Shown in pieces: positions 17,864-26,228 of a stretch of DNA of 64,000 nt (its first letter is position 1; each line of letters starts with the position of its first letter). The translations under genes and the position numbers were made by a program. The DNA is from Candidatus Dormiibacterota bacterium (lineage in GTDB: Bacteria > Chloroflexota > Dormibacteria > Aeolococcales > Aeolococcaceae). Where the stretch lies: assembly GCA_019245575.1 (NCBI GenBank), contig JAFARE010000029.1, positions 4,158 to 68,157 on the forward strand. Direction: 5' to 3'. The notes beneath the pieces were generated by a model. It made no database searches. It was not told the origin of the DNA and saw only the letters and a list, made by a program, of their open reading frames with translations.

Positions 17864-18628
17864 GTGCACCCGGAGCTGCAGCTCGCGCTCGAGCTCGCCG
17901 ACCTGGCTGACGCGCTGACCATGGAGCGCTTTCGCGCCACCGACCTCCGCGTCGACACCAAGGCCGACTCCACGCCCGTCACCGACGCCGACCGGCGCAC
18001 CGAGGAGGCGCTGCGCGAGCGCCTGCGCGCGGCGCGTCCGGCGCACGCAGTGGCCGGGGAGGAGTTCGGCGCCGACGGCGAGGCCGAATGGCGCTGGCTG
18101 CTCGACCCCATCGACGGCACGAAGAACTACGCGCGCGGCGTTCCCGTGTGGGCGACGCTCATCGCGTTGCGGCGCAACGACGAGGGCGTGTGCGGCGTCG
18201 TGTCGGCGCCGGCGCTGGGCCGGCGCTGGTTCGCCGCTCGCGGCGACGGCGCATGGTCGTCATCCGGCGACCGGCTGGCGGTGTCGTCCGTGGCCCAGCT
18301 CGACGCCGCGTCGCTCTCCTGCACCGACGTGCGCGACTTCGCGAACCTCGGGCTCGGCGAACAGTTCCATGCGCTGCTGCGCAGCTGCCGCGTGGTGCGC
18401 GGCTTCGGCGACTTCTGGTCGCACATGCTCACGGCGGAGGGAGCGATCGACGTCGGGATCGAGGTGGGCACCCAGCCGTGGGACGTCGCGGCGGTGCAGG
18501 TCATCGTGGAGGAGTCGGGCGGCCGTTTCTCCGATCTCCACGGAGCCCGGCGAATCGACACGCGCAGCGCCGTCACGAGCAACGGTGTGCTGCACGAACA
18601 GGTGCTTGCGATGATGCGGCGCGCATGA
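17864..18628 (+). CDS. hisN: Histidinol-phosphatase, inositol monophosphatase family
   Basis: KADSTPVTDAD, GEEFG, DPIDGTKNY, GFGDFWSHML, WDVAA. Confidence 0.85.
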   Translation: MHPELQLALELADLADALTMERFRATDLRVDTKADSTPVTDADRRTEEALRERLRAARPAHAVAGEEFGADGEAEWRWLLDPIDGTKNYARGVPVWATLIALRRNDEGVCGVVSAPALGRRWFAARGDGAWSSSGDRLAVSSVAQLDAASLSCTDVRDFANLGLGEQFHALLRSCRVVRGFGDFWSHMLTAEGAIDVGIEVGTQPWDVAAVQVIVEESGGRFSDLHGARRIDTRSAVTSNGVLHEQVLAMMRRA

Positions 18629-19395
18629 GCGAGGATCTCGCGCTGGCGCAGGAGCTGGCCGACATCGCCGACGGCTGGTCGATGGGCAGCTTCCGATCGC
18701 GCACGCTGGAGGTCGTGGCGAAGGCGGATCTGACGCCGGTGACGGCCGCGGACCGCGCCATCGAGCGGACCATCGCCGAGCATCTCGCAGCCCACCGTCC
18801 GGACCACGCCATGATGGGAGAGGAGTTCGGCCTGCAGGGTGACGCGGGGGCGCCATGGCGTTGGGTCATCGACCCGATCGACGGCACTAGGAGCTTCGTG
18901 CGCGGCAACGAGACGTGGGCGACATTGATCGCGCTGCAGCACGAGGGAGAGACGGTCGTCGCCGTGGCCTCGATGCCCGCGCTGGGACAGCGATATCACG
19001 CGTCGCGCGGCGCCGGGGCCGCGATGAACGGGGCCCCGATCCACGTGTCAGAGGTGAGCGTGCTGAGTGATGCGCTGATCACGCACACGAGCATCCCCGG
19101 TTTCGTGCACACGAACCTGGCGGAGCGCCTGCTCAAGCTGGCGGGACAGTGCTGGGACGCGCGCGGCATGGGCAACTCCATGTCGCATCTCGCGGTGGCG
19201 CGTGGGTCGGCGGACATCGGCTGGACCTCGCGCGCCAACGTGTGGGACTTCGCCGCGCTCGCGCTCATCGTGCGCGAGGCGGGCGGCATGTTCACCGACC
19301 GCAGCGCCGACGACGCGCGCCTGGGGGGCACGGGCATATCGTCCAACGGGCTGCTGCACGACCTGGCGCTGCACGCGGCCGGGCTCGTAGACTGA
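18625..19395 (+). CDS. Second inositol monophosphatase/HisN-like paralogue
   Basis: ATGA overlap; KADLTPVTAAD, GEEFG, DPIDGTRSF, WDFAA. Confidence 0.85.
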   Translation: MSEDLALAQELADIADGWSMGSFRSRTLEVVAKADLTPVTAADRAIERTIAEHLAAHRPDHAMMGEEFGLQGDAGAPWRWVIDPIDGTRSFVRGNETWATLIALQHEGETVVAVASMPALGQRYHASRGAGAAMNGAPIHVSEVSVLSDALITHTSIPGFVHTNLAERLLKLAGQCWDARGMGNSMSHLAVARGSADIGWTSRANVWDFAALALIVREAGGMFTDRSADDARLGGTGISSNGLLHDLALHAAGLVD

Positions 19396-19402
19396 GGCGG
19401 CG

Positions 19403-20116
19403 ATGAGCACGGTCGCGGCATCGGCCGGGGAGGGTGTCACCCAGGCTCCCAGCGCCAAACGCCTCAGCCTGGGGGCGGCGGCGCGGATCTTCGCGCGCTA
19501 CGGGAGCCCGCGCATCATGGCGGTGGCGGCGCTGGCCACCCTCGCCGCACGCATCCCGCTGGGACATTGGAGCCTCGGCGATCTCGCGGTGGCGGGCGGC
19601 ATCCTCGCGGTGGAGCCTTTCGTCGAGTGGCTGATCCACGTCAACCTGCTGCACTTCAAGCCGCGCCAGGTGTTCGGCCGCCGCGTGGACCCGCTGTTCG
19701 CCAAGCGCCACCGCATGCACCATCGCGACCCGCGCAACATCCCGTTGGTCTTCGTGCCCCTGCCCGTGCTGGCCGGCTTCCTGGCGGTGCTCTTCCTCAT
19801 CGCCTGGTTCGCGTTCCCCACGCGCTACCTCAGCGTGACCGCGCTCGCCACCTTCACCTGGTTCTTCTTCGGCTACGAGTGGACGCACTTCCTCATCCAC
19901 TCGCCGTACGTTCCTCGCACGCCGCTCTTCCGCGCGGTGTGGCGGGCGCACATCCTGCATCACTACAAGAATGAGAAGTACTGGTTCGGCGTCACCAGCC
20001 CCATCGCCGACCACGTGCTGCGCACGCATCCCGCCAAGGAGAGCGTGGAATCGTCCCCCACGGCGCGCACGCTCGGCGTGGACGACGAGTTCGAGCTGCT
20101 GCGCGTCCCCGCGTAG
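19403..20116 (+). CDS. Fatty acid hydroxylase/sterol desaturase family protein
   Basis: His boxes HVNLLH, HRMHH, HFLIH, HILHH. Confidence 0.88.
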   Translation: MSTVAASAGEGVTQAPSAKRLSLGAAARIFARYGSPRIMAVAALATLAARIPLGHWSLGDLAVAGGILAVEPFVEWLIHVNLLHFKPRQVFGRRVDPLFAKRHRMHHRDPRNIPLVFVPLPVLAGFLAVLFLIAWFAFPTRYLSVTALATFTWFFFGYEWTHFLIHSPYVPRTPLFRAVWRAHILHHYKNEKYWFGVTSPIADHVLRTHPAKESVESSPTARTLGVDDEFELLRVPA

Positions 20117-20163
20117 ACTGTCGCTCCTCGTCCGTATCGGCCCCGGTCATGAGGAGAACGCGC

Positions 20164-20484
20164 ATGCCCAAATACTTGATCGAGTTCTCGTACACCGCGG
20201 AAGGCGTCAAGGGGCTGTTGAAGGAGGGTGGCACCGCCAGGCGCGAGGAGACCACGCGGCTGGTGGAAAGCGTCGGTGGCACAGTGGAGGCGTACTACTT
20301 CACCTTCGGCAGGGGGGACGGCATCATCCTCGCGGACATCCCGGATCAGGCTGGAGCAGCCGCCGCAAGCCTCACCGGATCGGCCACCGGCGCCGTCCGT
20401 GTGAGGACGACGGTGCTCATCACGCCCGAGGAGATGGACGAGGCTGCGCGCAAGAAGACCGAGTTCCGCGCCCCCGGCGCCTAG
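20164..20484 (+). CDS. GYD domain protein
   Basis: MPKYLIEFSYTAEGVKGLLKEGGTARRE...VGGTVEAYYFTFG; RBS GAGGAG. Confidence 0.85.
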   Translation: MPKYLIEFSYTAEGVKGLLKEGGTARREETTRLVESVGGTVEAYYFTFGRGDGIILADIPDQAGAAAASLTGSATGAVRVRTTVLITPEEMDEAARKKTEFRAPGA

Positions 20485-20505
20485 CCTCTCAGCCGCGCAG
20501 CGAAC

Positions 20506-22488
20506 CTACAGATGGATGCCGCGCATGAGCATGCCCAGCGCGTAGGCCTCGGGCGTCACCGGCTGCTCCGGCTTGGCGCCGTCGCTCTCGCGCCTGCCGG
20601 CGCTGTCGGGAAGCATGTGGAATGCGCCGCTCATGATCAGGTGATGGAACCCCGGCGCGACGGCGTGCACGAGCTCGCCGAACTTGCCCACGCGCGTGGA
20701 CACTTCGTGCGGCCGCTTGATCAGCGCCTCCACCACCATGTCGGCGGCCTCGTCGGGGCTGATGGTTGGGAAGCTGCGGTACAGCCCGGTGGGCGCGATC
20801 ATCGGCGTGCGCACCAGCGGCATGTGGATCGTGGTGATGTCGATCCCATCGCCGCTCACCTCCGGTGCGAAGCAGCGTGAGAAGCCGTCCAGCGCGTTCT
20901 TGCTCGCCACGTAGGCGGCAAACCGCGGCGGATACGTCTGGCCGCCGATGGAGGTGATGTTGACGATGTGTCCGCTGCCACGCTCGCGCATCCCAGGCAC
21001 GACCGCGAGGATCATCGCCACCGCCCCGAAGTAGTTGAGCTGCATCGTGCGCTCGAAGTCGTGGAAGCGGTCCAGCGAGTTGAGCACGGAACGGCGGATC
21101 GACCGCCCGGCGTTGTTGATCAGCACGTCGACCCGGCCGTGCTCCTCGAGCACGCGCCGCACCAGCCGGCCGCACGCGTCCGGGTCACTCAGGTCCGTGG
21201 GATACACGTGCGCCTTGCCGCCGGCGGCCTCGACCTCGGCGCGCATCTCCTCCAGCTTGTCCTCGGAGCGGGCGACGCCGATCAACGTCGCCCCGGAAGC
21301 GGCGAGGTGCATGCACACGGCGCGGCCGATGCCGCTGGAGGCGCCCGTGACGATGATCACCTTCCCCGAGACGACGCGGCGCGTGTTGGCCGGCGTGGGC
21401 AGCTCCGGGTCGAGATGGCGCTCCCAGTAGTCCCACACCTTCCACGCGTACGTGTGCAGCGGCGGGCATGTGATGCCCGTGCCGTCGAGCGCGTTCCGCG
21501 CCTCGGTGCTGTCGAACGTGGCCCGGTAGTCGACGTACTGCAGCGCAGCCGCGGGCACGCCGAGCTTGTCCAGCACCTCGTCCACGATGCGACGCACCGC
21601 GGGCAGCTGGCCGACCGCGCTGAGCGGACCTGACGGGATCATGCGCACCATTCGCCGGTCGAAGCGCAGCGCGAACTCGGGCGCGTGCGCAGCTCGGCAG
21701 AAGGTGTTGATCGTGTCGCCCAGCGACAGGGGGTCCGGGTCCGTCAGGTGGAACGCGCGCCCATCGAGGCCGTCCAGGTGCGAGATGTGGTCCATCGCGC
21801 GCGCCACGAAATCGACCGGCACCAGGTTGAGCGGGCTGCCCTCAGGTCCGACGAACGGCATCCACTGGGGAAACGAGTCGCGCAGCCGCTGGATCAGCTT
21901 GAAGGCGTAATAAGGACCGTCGACGCGGTCCGCCTCGCCGTTCTCCGACGACCCGATGACGATCCCGGGGCGGTAGACACGCCATGGAACATCGCTGTCC
22001 TCGCGCACGATGCGCTCCGACTCGTACTTGGTGCGGAAGTACGGATGGTCGAGGCGCTGGCCCTCGGCGAACATCTCCTCGGTGAAGACACCCTCGTAGT
22101 GGCCGGCGACGGCGATGGAGCTGGCGTGATGCAGCCGCGCCGCACCGATGTCGTTGACGAACGCCACGAGGTTGCGCGTCCCCTCGACGTTGGCGCGCTC
22201 GGCCTCCTCCTCGGTCGCGGTGAGGTCGTAGACGGCAGCGAGGTGATAGACGGTCGCACCGCGCAGCCGCTTGCGGTCGTCCGCATTGACGCCGAGGCCG
22301 GGCTCGCCGATGTCGCCCAGGACGGCGACGAGGCGTTCGCCGCCGGGGTCCAGCTGCTCGCGCAGCGCCGCGAAGCGCGCCCGCGACCCGGAGCGCACCA
22401 GCACGAACACCCGCCCCTCGCGCGCCAGGAGCAGTGGCAGCAGGTGCCGGCCGATGAAGCCCGTCGCGCCGGTGACGAAGTAGTCCAC
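20506..22488 (-). CDS. Two-domain SDR oxidoreductase (AcrA1/fatty acyl-CoA reductase-like)
   Basis: TGATGFIG and YFRTK in domain 1; TGASSGIG, NNAGRSIRR and YVASK in domain 2. Confidence 0.9.
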   Translation of the reverse strand: MDYFVTGATGFIGRHLLPLLLAREGRVFVLVRSGSRARFAALREQLDPGGERLVAVLGDIGEPGLGVNADDRKRLRGATVYHLAAVYDLTATEEEAERANVEGTRNLVAFVNDIGAARLHHASSIAVAGHYEGVFTEEMFAEGQRLDHPYFRTKYESERIVREDSDVPWRVYRPGIVIGSSENGEADRVDGPYYAFKLIQRLRDSFPQWMPFVGPEGSPLNLVPVDFVARAMDHISHLDGLDGRAFHLTDPDPLSLGDTINTFCRAAHAPEFALRFDRRMVRMIPSGPLSAVGQLPAVRRIVDEVLDKLGVPAAALQYVDYRATFDSTEARNALDGTGITCPPLHTYAWKVWDYWERHLDPELPTPANTRRVVSGKVIIVTGASSGIGRAVCMHLAASGATLIGVARSEDKLEEMRAEVEAAGGKAHVYPTDLSDPDACGRLVRRVLEEHGRVDVLINNAGRSIRRSVLNSLDRFHDFERTMQLNYFGAVAMILAVVPGMRERGSGHIVNITSIGGQTYPPRFAAYVASKNALDGFSRCFAPEVSGDGIDITTIHMPLVRTPMIAPTGLYRSFPTISPDEAADMVVEALIKRPHEVSTRVGKFGELVHAVAPGFHHLIMSGAFHMLPDSAGRRESDGAKPEQPVTPEAYALGMLMRGIHL

Positions 22489-22598
22489 GATGGAGTTCTC
22501 CTGCCCTGCTGCCGCTGCTCGCGGCAGGATAGGTCAAACCCCGCACCGAACTGGCCCACGCCTTGCGAGAGGCGCGCGACCGGCCCCGGTGGGCACAA

Positions 22599-22614
22599 TT
22601 GACATACACGTCAA
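22599..22614. promoter_or_regulatory. Palindromic operator-like site TTGAC-N6-GTCAA upstream of the thiolase
   Basis: TTGACATACACGTCAA in the divergent SDR/thiolase promoter region. Confidence 0.55.
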
Positions 22615-22633
22615 CTTTCCGAGGTACCCCGAG

Positions 22634-23800
22634 ATGCCCGAACCCGTCGTCGTCGCCGCCGGCCGCTCCGCCATCGGGCGCGCCATGAAGGGCTCGCTGG
22701 TGAACATGCGGCCGGACGAGCTGGCCGCGTCCGTCGCCGACAAGGTGCTGGACCGCGTCCCACAGCTGGACCGCAGCGAGATCGAGGACCTCATCTGCGG
22801 GTGCGGGCTCCCCGGCGGTGAGCAGGGCTTCAACCTCGGCCGCGTGGTGAGCATCCTGGCCCGCCTGGAGGTCCCCGGCACGACGATCACCCGCTACTGC
22901 GCCTCGTCGTTGCAGAGCACGCGCATCGCGGCGCACGCGATCCGCTCCGGCGAGGGCGACGTGTTCCTCAGTGTCGGGGTCGAGTGCGTGTCGCGCTACA
23001 TGAACGGCACCAGCGACATGCCCCAGTGCCGCAACCCGCGGCTCGACTCGGGCAACAGCGAGGGCTATCCGGACATCTACATCACGATGGGCAACACGGC
23101 TGAGAACGTCGCCCAGCGCGAGGAGATCTCGCGCGAGGAGATGGACCGCTTCGCGCTGCGCAGCCAGCAGCGCGCGGTCGAGGCGCAGGACTCCGGCTTC
23201 TTCGCGCGCGAGATCATCCCGGTGGAGCTTCCCGACGGCGGCGGTGAGTTCAGCAAGGACGACGGCCCGCGGCGCGAAACGTCGCTGGAGAAGCTGGCCT
23301 CGCTGCAGCCAGTGTTCCGCGAGAACGGCAGTGTCACCGCGGGCAACTCGTGCCCGCTCAACGACGGCGCCGCGGCGGTGGTGGTGATGTCGGACACGCG
23401 GGCCAAGGAGCTCGGCATCACGCCGCTGGCGCGCATCGTGTCCACCGGTCTCACCTCGCTGCAGCCGGAGTACATGGGCCTTGGGCCGATCGAGGCCTCG
23501 CGTCAGGCGCTGCAGCGCGCCGGCATGACCATCGACGACGTCGACGTCGTGGAGCTCAACGAGGCGTTCGCCGCCCAGGTGATCCCATCGGCGCGCGGCA
23601 TCGGCATCGATCCGTTCGACGACCGGTTCAACCCGCACGGTGGAGCAATCGCGCTGGGCCATCCGTTCGGCATGACCGGCGCGCGCATCCTCTGCACGCT
23701 GCTGAACGACCTGCAGACACTCGACAAGAGCATCGGCCTGGAGACCATGTGCGTGGGCGGCGGCCAGGGCATGGCCATGGTGGTGGAGCGGCTCAGCTAG
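22634..23800 (+). CDS. Acetyl-CoA C-acyltransferase (thiolase)
   Basis: RYCASSLQ, NEAFAAQ, GGAIALGHPFG, MCVGGGQG. Confidence 0.95.
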   Translation: MPEPVVVAAGRSAIGRAMKGSLVNMRPDELAASVADKVLDRVPQLDRSEIEDLICGCGLPGGEQGFNLGRVVSILARLEVPGTTITRYCASSLQSTRIAAHAIRSGEGDVFLSVGVECVSRYMNGTSDMPQCRNPRLDSGNSEGYPDIYITMGNTAENVAQREEISREEMDRFALRSQQRAVEAQDSGFFAREIIPVELPDGGGEFSKDDGPRRETSLEKLASLQPVFRENGSVTAGNSCPLNDGAAAVVVMSDTRAKELGITPLARIVSTGLTSLQPEYMGLGPIEASRQALQRAGMTIDDVDVVELNEAFAAQVIPSARGIGIDPFDDRFNPHGGAIALGHPFGMTGARILCTLLNDLQTLDKSIGLETMCVGGGQGMAMVVERLS

Positions 23801-23815
23801 CGGAGCGGGGAGCGC

Positions 23816-25039
23816 TCAGCGGCGCACGCTGCGGCTGGCCACGCCGGTGAGCGACACCTCCGTGTCACCGGCGGCGCGCCGCGCGGAGCGCACGGCGGTG
23901 GCGAGCGTCTCCACCGCATCGTCCGCCTGGCGCCGCTCCAGGATCAGCGGAGGCATCAGCCGGATGACGTTGTTGTTGCCAGGAATGGCCAGAATGCCCC
24001 GCTCCTGAAGCGCGAGGAGGATACCCGCCGCGTTCTGCGTCATCTCCAGGCCGATCATCAGGCCCCTCCCCCGCACCTCCCGGATCTGGGCGATGCGCAG
24101 CGCACGGAGGCGGGCGAGGAAGTGCTCGCCGACGGTGGCCGCATGCGTCTGCAGCGTGGGATTGGTCACGATCGACAGGGTTGCGGCCGCCGCGGTGAAC
24201 ACCAGCGGGCTCCCCGCCTTCGCGTCACGGTGCCATCCGGGTCGAAGGCGGAGTCGGCGCGCGACCTCCGAGCGCATGGCCACGACACCGATGGGCAGCC
24301 CGCCGGCGAGGCTGCGGCCGAGGCACAGCATGTCCGGCGTCACCTGGTCGCGCGTGCACTGCAGCAGCGCCCCGCCGCGCAGCGCGGTGTCCACCTCGTC
24401 CGCGATCAGCAGCACGTCATGACGCCGGCACGCGCGCGCCGCAGCGGCAAGGTAACCGTCAGGCGGCACGTGCACACCTGCGTCGACCTGCACCGGCTCC
24501 ACGATCACCGCGGCCACCGTCTCGTTGAGCACGGCGTCGAGCGCCTCGACGTCGCCGAACGGCACGCTCATGGTGTCGCCCGCGCGCACGACGCGATGCA
24601 GCATCCGCGAGCGCTGGACGCCGGGTTCCGGCAGCGGCCCGCGCGCCGCACCGGTCATGACGATGATGCGGCGGCGCCGAGTCACCAGGCGCGCCGCGGT
24701 GACGGCCGCGGCGACGGCCTGCGTGCCGCTCTCCACGATCGTGACGTCGGTCAGCGCGTCGGGCGTCACGACGCTGAGTGCTTCGACCAGCTCGTCACGC
24801 GCGTCGGAGTCGACGGCGGCGTTCAGCGCAGTGACGCGGGTGAGCTGACGTGTCATCGCCTCGACCACGAGCGACTGCCCGTGGCCCAGCAGTGCGGCGC
24901 CGTCGTCGCCATCCAGGTCGAGGTAGCGACGGTCGTCCTCGTCCCACACGTATGCACCCTCGCCGCGCACGATGCGCAGAGGCCGCGGTGCGACCAGGGG
25001 CAGGAAGCGGAGCCAACGGCGTGGTAGAACGGCGTTCAT
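23816..25039 (-). CDS. Class-III aminotransferase homologue (ArgD/LysJ-like) lacking the PLP lysine
   Basis: RGEGAYVWD, VEPVQ, LIADEV, RGRGLMIG, RLMPPL are present; PDMLCLGRSLAGG has R at the K position. Confidence 0.82.
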   Translation of the reverse strand: MNAVLPRRWLRFLPLVAPRPLRIVRGEGAYVWDEDDRRYLDLDGDDGAALLGHGQSLVVEAMTRQLTRVTALNAAVDSDARDELVEALSVVTPDALTDVTIVESGTQAVAAAVTAARLVTRRRRIIVMTGAARGPLPEPGVQRSRMLHRVVRAGDTMSVPFGDVEALDAVLNETVAAVIVEPVQVDAGVHVPPDGYLAAAARACRRHDVLLIADEVDTALRGGALLQCTRDQVTPDMLCLGRSLAGGLPIGVVAMRSEVARRLRLRPGWHRDAKAGSPLVFTAAAATLSIVTNPTLQTHAATVGEHFLARLRALRIAQIREVRGRGLMIGLEMTQNAAGILLALQERGILAIPGNNNVIRLMPPLILERRQADDAVETLATAVRSARRAAGDTEVSLTGVASRSVRR

Positions 25040-25145
25040 GATCGGTTCCGTTGCGCGTGGGAAAATGCCCCTCGCTGCCGCAACTGTAACCGGCAATTCG
25101 AGTTTGTGACCGATCCTGCGAAAACGAGGCTTGGGCGCTGTCCTT

Positions 25146-25247
25146 TGCGGGACCACGGGCGTCGAGCGGCTCTGCCGCTCGCGCCCTGCTACTCGGCTCG
25201 ACTCACGCTCCGAGGGCAGCCGTCTCGCCTCCGTAGACGGTCCCGCA
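25146..25247. repeat. Structured dispersed repeat, copy A (multi-hairpin core inside a long inverted repeat)
   Basis: Core 25191-25234 is 39/44 identical to 45268-45311; closing stem TGCGGGACC/GGTCCCGCA. Confidence 0.85.
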
Positions 25248-25287
25248 TCGGACAGCGCCCCAACCTCTTCGCAGGCACGTCACACGC

Positions 25288-26115
25288 TCAATCGCCGGTT
25301 GCAATGGGGCGGCGAGGGTCCGTTATCCAGTCGCTCCAGCTGCCGACATAAAGCGCCGCGTCGATGCCGGCCACTGCGAGGGCGAGCACCTCCTGCGCCG
25401 CGGTGACTCCCGAGCCGCAGTAGGCCCCGACGGTGGTGCCCGGGTGGGCGCCGATTGCTTCGAACCGCGCACGGAGGTCGTCGGCCGGAAGCAGCAGTCC
25501 CGAGTCGCCCAGCAGGCCGGCGACCGGCAGGCTTCGCGCCCCCGGGATGTGGCCGGCCACGGGGTCCACCGGCTCCACCTCGCCGCGGAAGCGTGGGGCG
25601 GCGCGGGCGTCGAGGAGCAGGCCCTCTGCCGCGAGCCGGCCCGCGTCGCCGGCGTCCAGCAGAGGCATGTGTCCGGGGCTCGCGGTGAAGTCCCCGGCGA
25701 CGGGCGCGGGCTCTTCGGTCGTCAGGGGTCGAACCGCCGCGCGCCACGCCGCCAGGCCTCCGTCGAGCACGCGGACGTCCGGGTGGCCGTAGTAGCGAAG
25801 GTCCCACCAGGCGCGCGCCGCAGCCGCCCCGGCGCCGCCGTCGTACACCACCACCGGGCGCTCGCGGCTCACGCCGTGGGCCCGCATCGCCGCCTCGAAG
25901 ACGCGAGCGTCCGGAAGCGGATGCCGCCCCGGCCCCGGTGGACCGGCGAGCTCGCGGTCGAGGTCCGTGTAGACAGCCCCCGGGATGTGGCCCCGGCGGT
26001 AGCCCTCGACCCCCGGAGGCCCGCCGAGCTCCCAGCGGACGTCGAGCAGGGCGGGCGGAGTGGCCGACCGCATCGCGGCCGCAAGGTCGGAATCTGATAC
26101 CAGGGGCGATACCAT
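25288..26115 (-). CDS. sseA: Tandem-rhodanese sulfurtransferase (SseA-like)
   Basis: GHIPGA twice, LDGGLAAW, YCGSGVTA, LYVGSWSDW. Confidence 0.92.
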   Translation of the reverse strand: MVSPLVSDSDLAAAMRSATPPALLDVRWELGGPPGVEGYRRGHIPGAVYTDLDRELAGPPGPGRHPLPDARVFEAAMRAHGVSRERPVVVYDGGAGAAAARAWWDLRYYGHPDVRVLDGGLAAWRAAVRPLTTEEPAPVAGDFTASPGHMPLLDAGDAGRLAAEGLLLDARAAPRFRGEVEPVDPVAGHIPGARSLPVAGLLGDSGLLLPADDLRARFEAIGAHPGTTVGAYCGSGVTAAQEVLALAVAGIDAALYVGSWSDWITDPRRPIATGD

Positions 26116-26228
26116 TGGGGTCGGGCGCCCTCCGCGTCGAAACCGGCCGGCGGACAGCGGCGTTCCCAGTTTGAAGGCCTCTCGAGCGCGGCCTGGCTGG
26201 AATCGAACAATGGTACGGTGGTAGATCG

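Noticed and set aside
25059..25095. Cobalamin-riboswitch-like fragment GGGAA...GCCGCAACTGTAACCGG
   Set aside because: It is on the strand opposite the adjacent genes, no B12 box follows, no B12-related gene is nearby, and it is explained as the left arm of the inverted repeat.
25031..25357. DGR template/variable repeat or retron msr-msd interpretation of the inverted arms
   Set aside because: Mismatches are not adenine-specific and no reverse transcriptase is present in the window.
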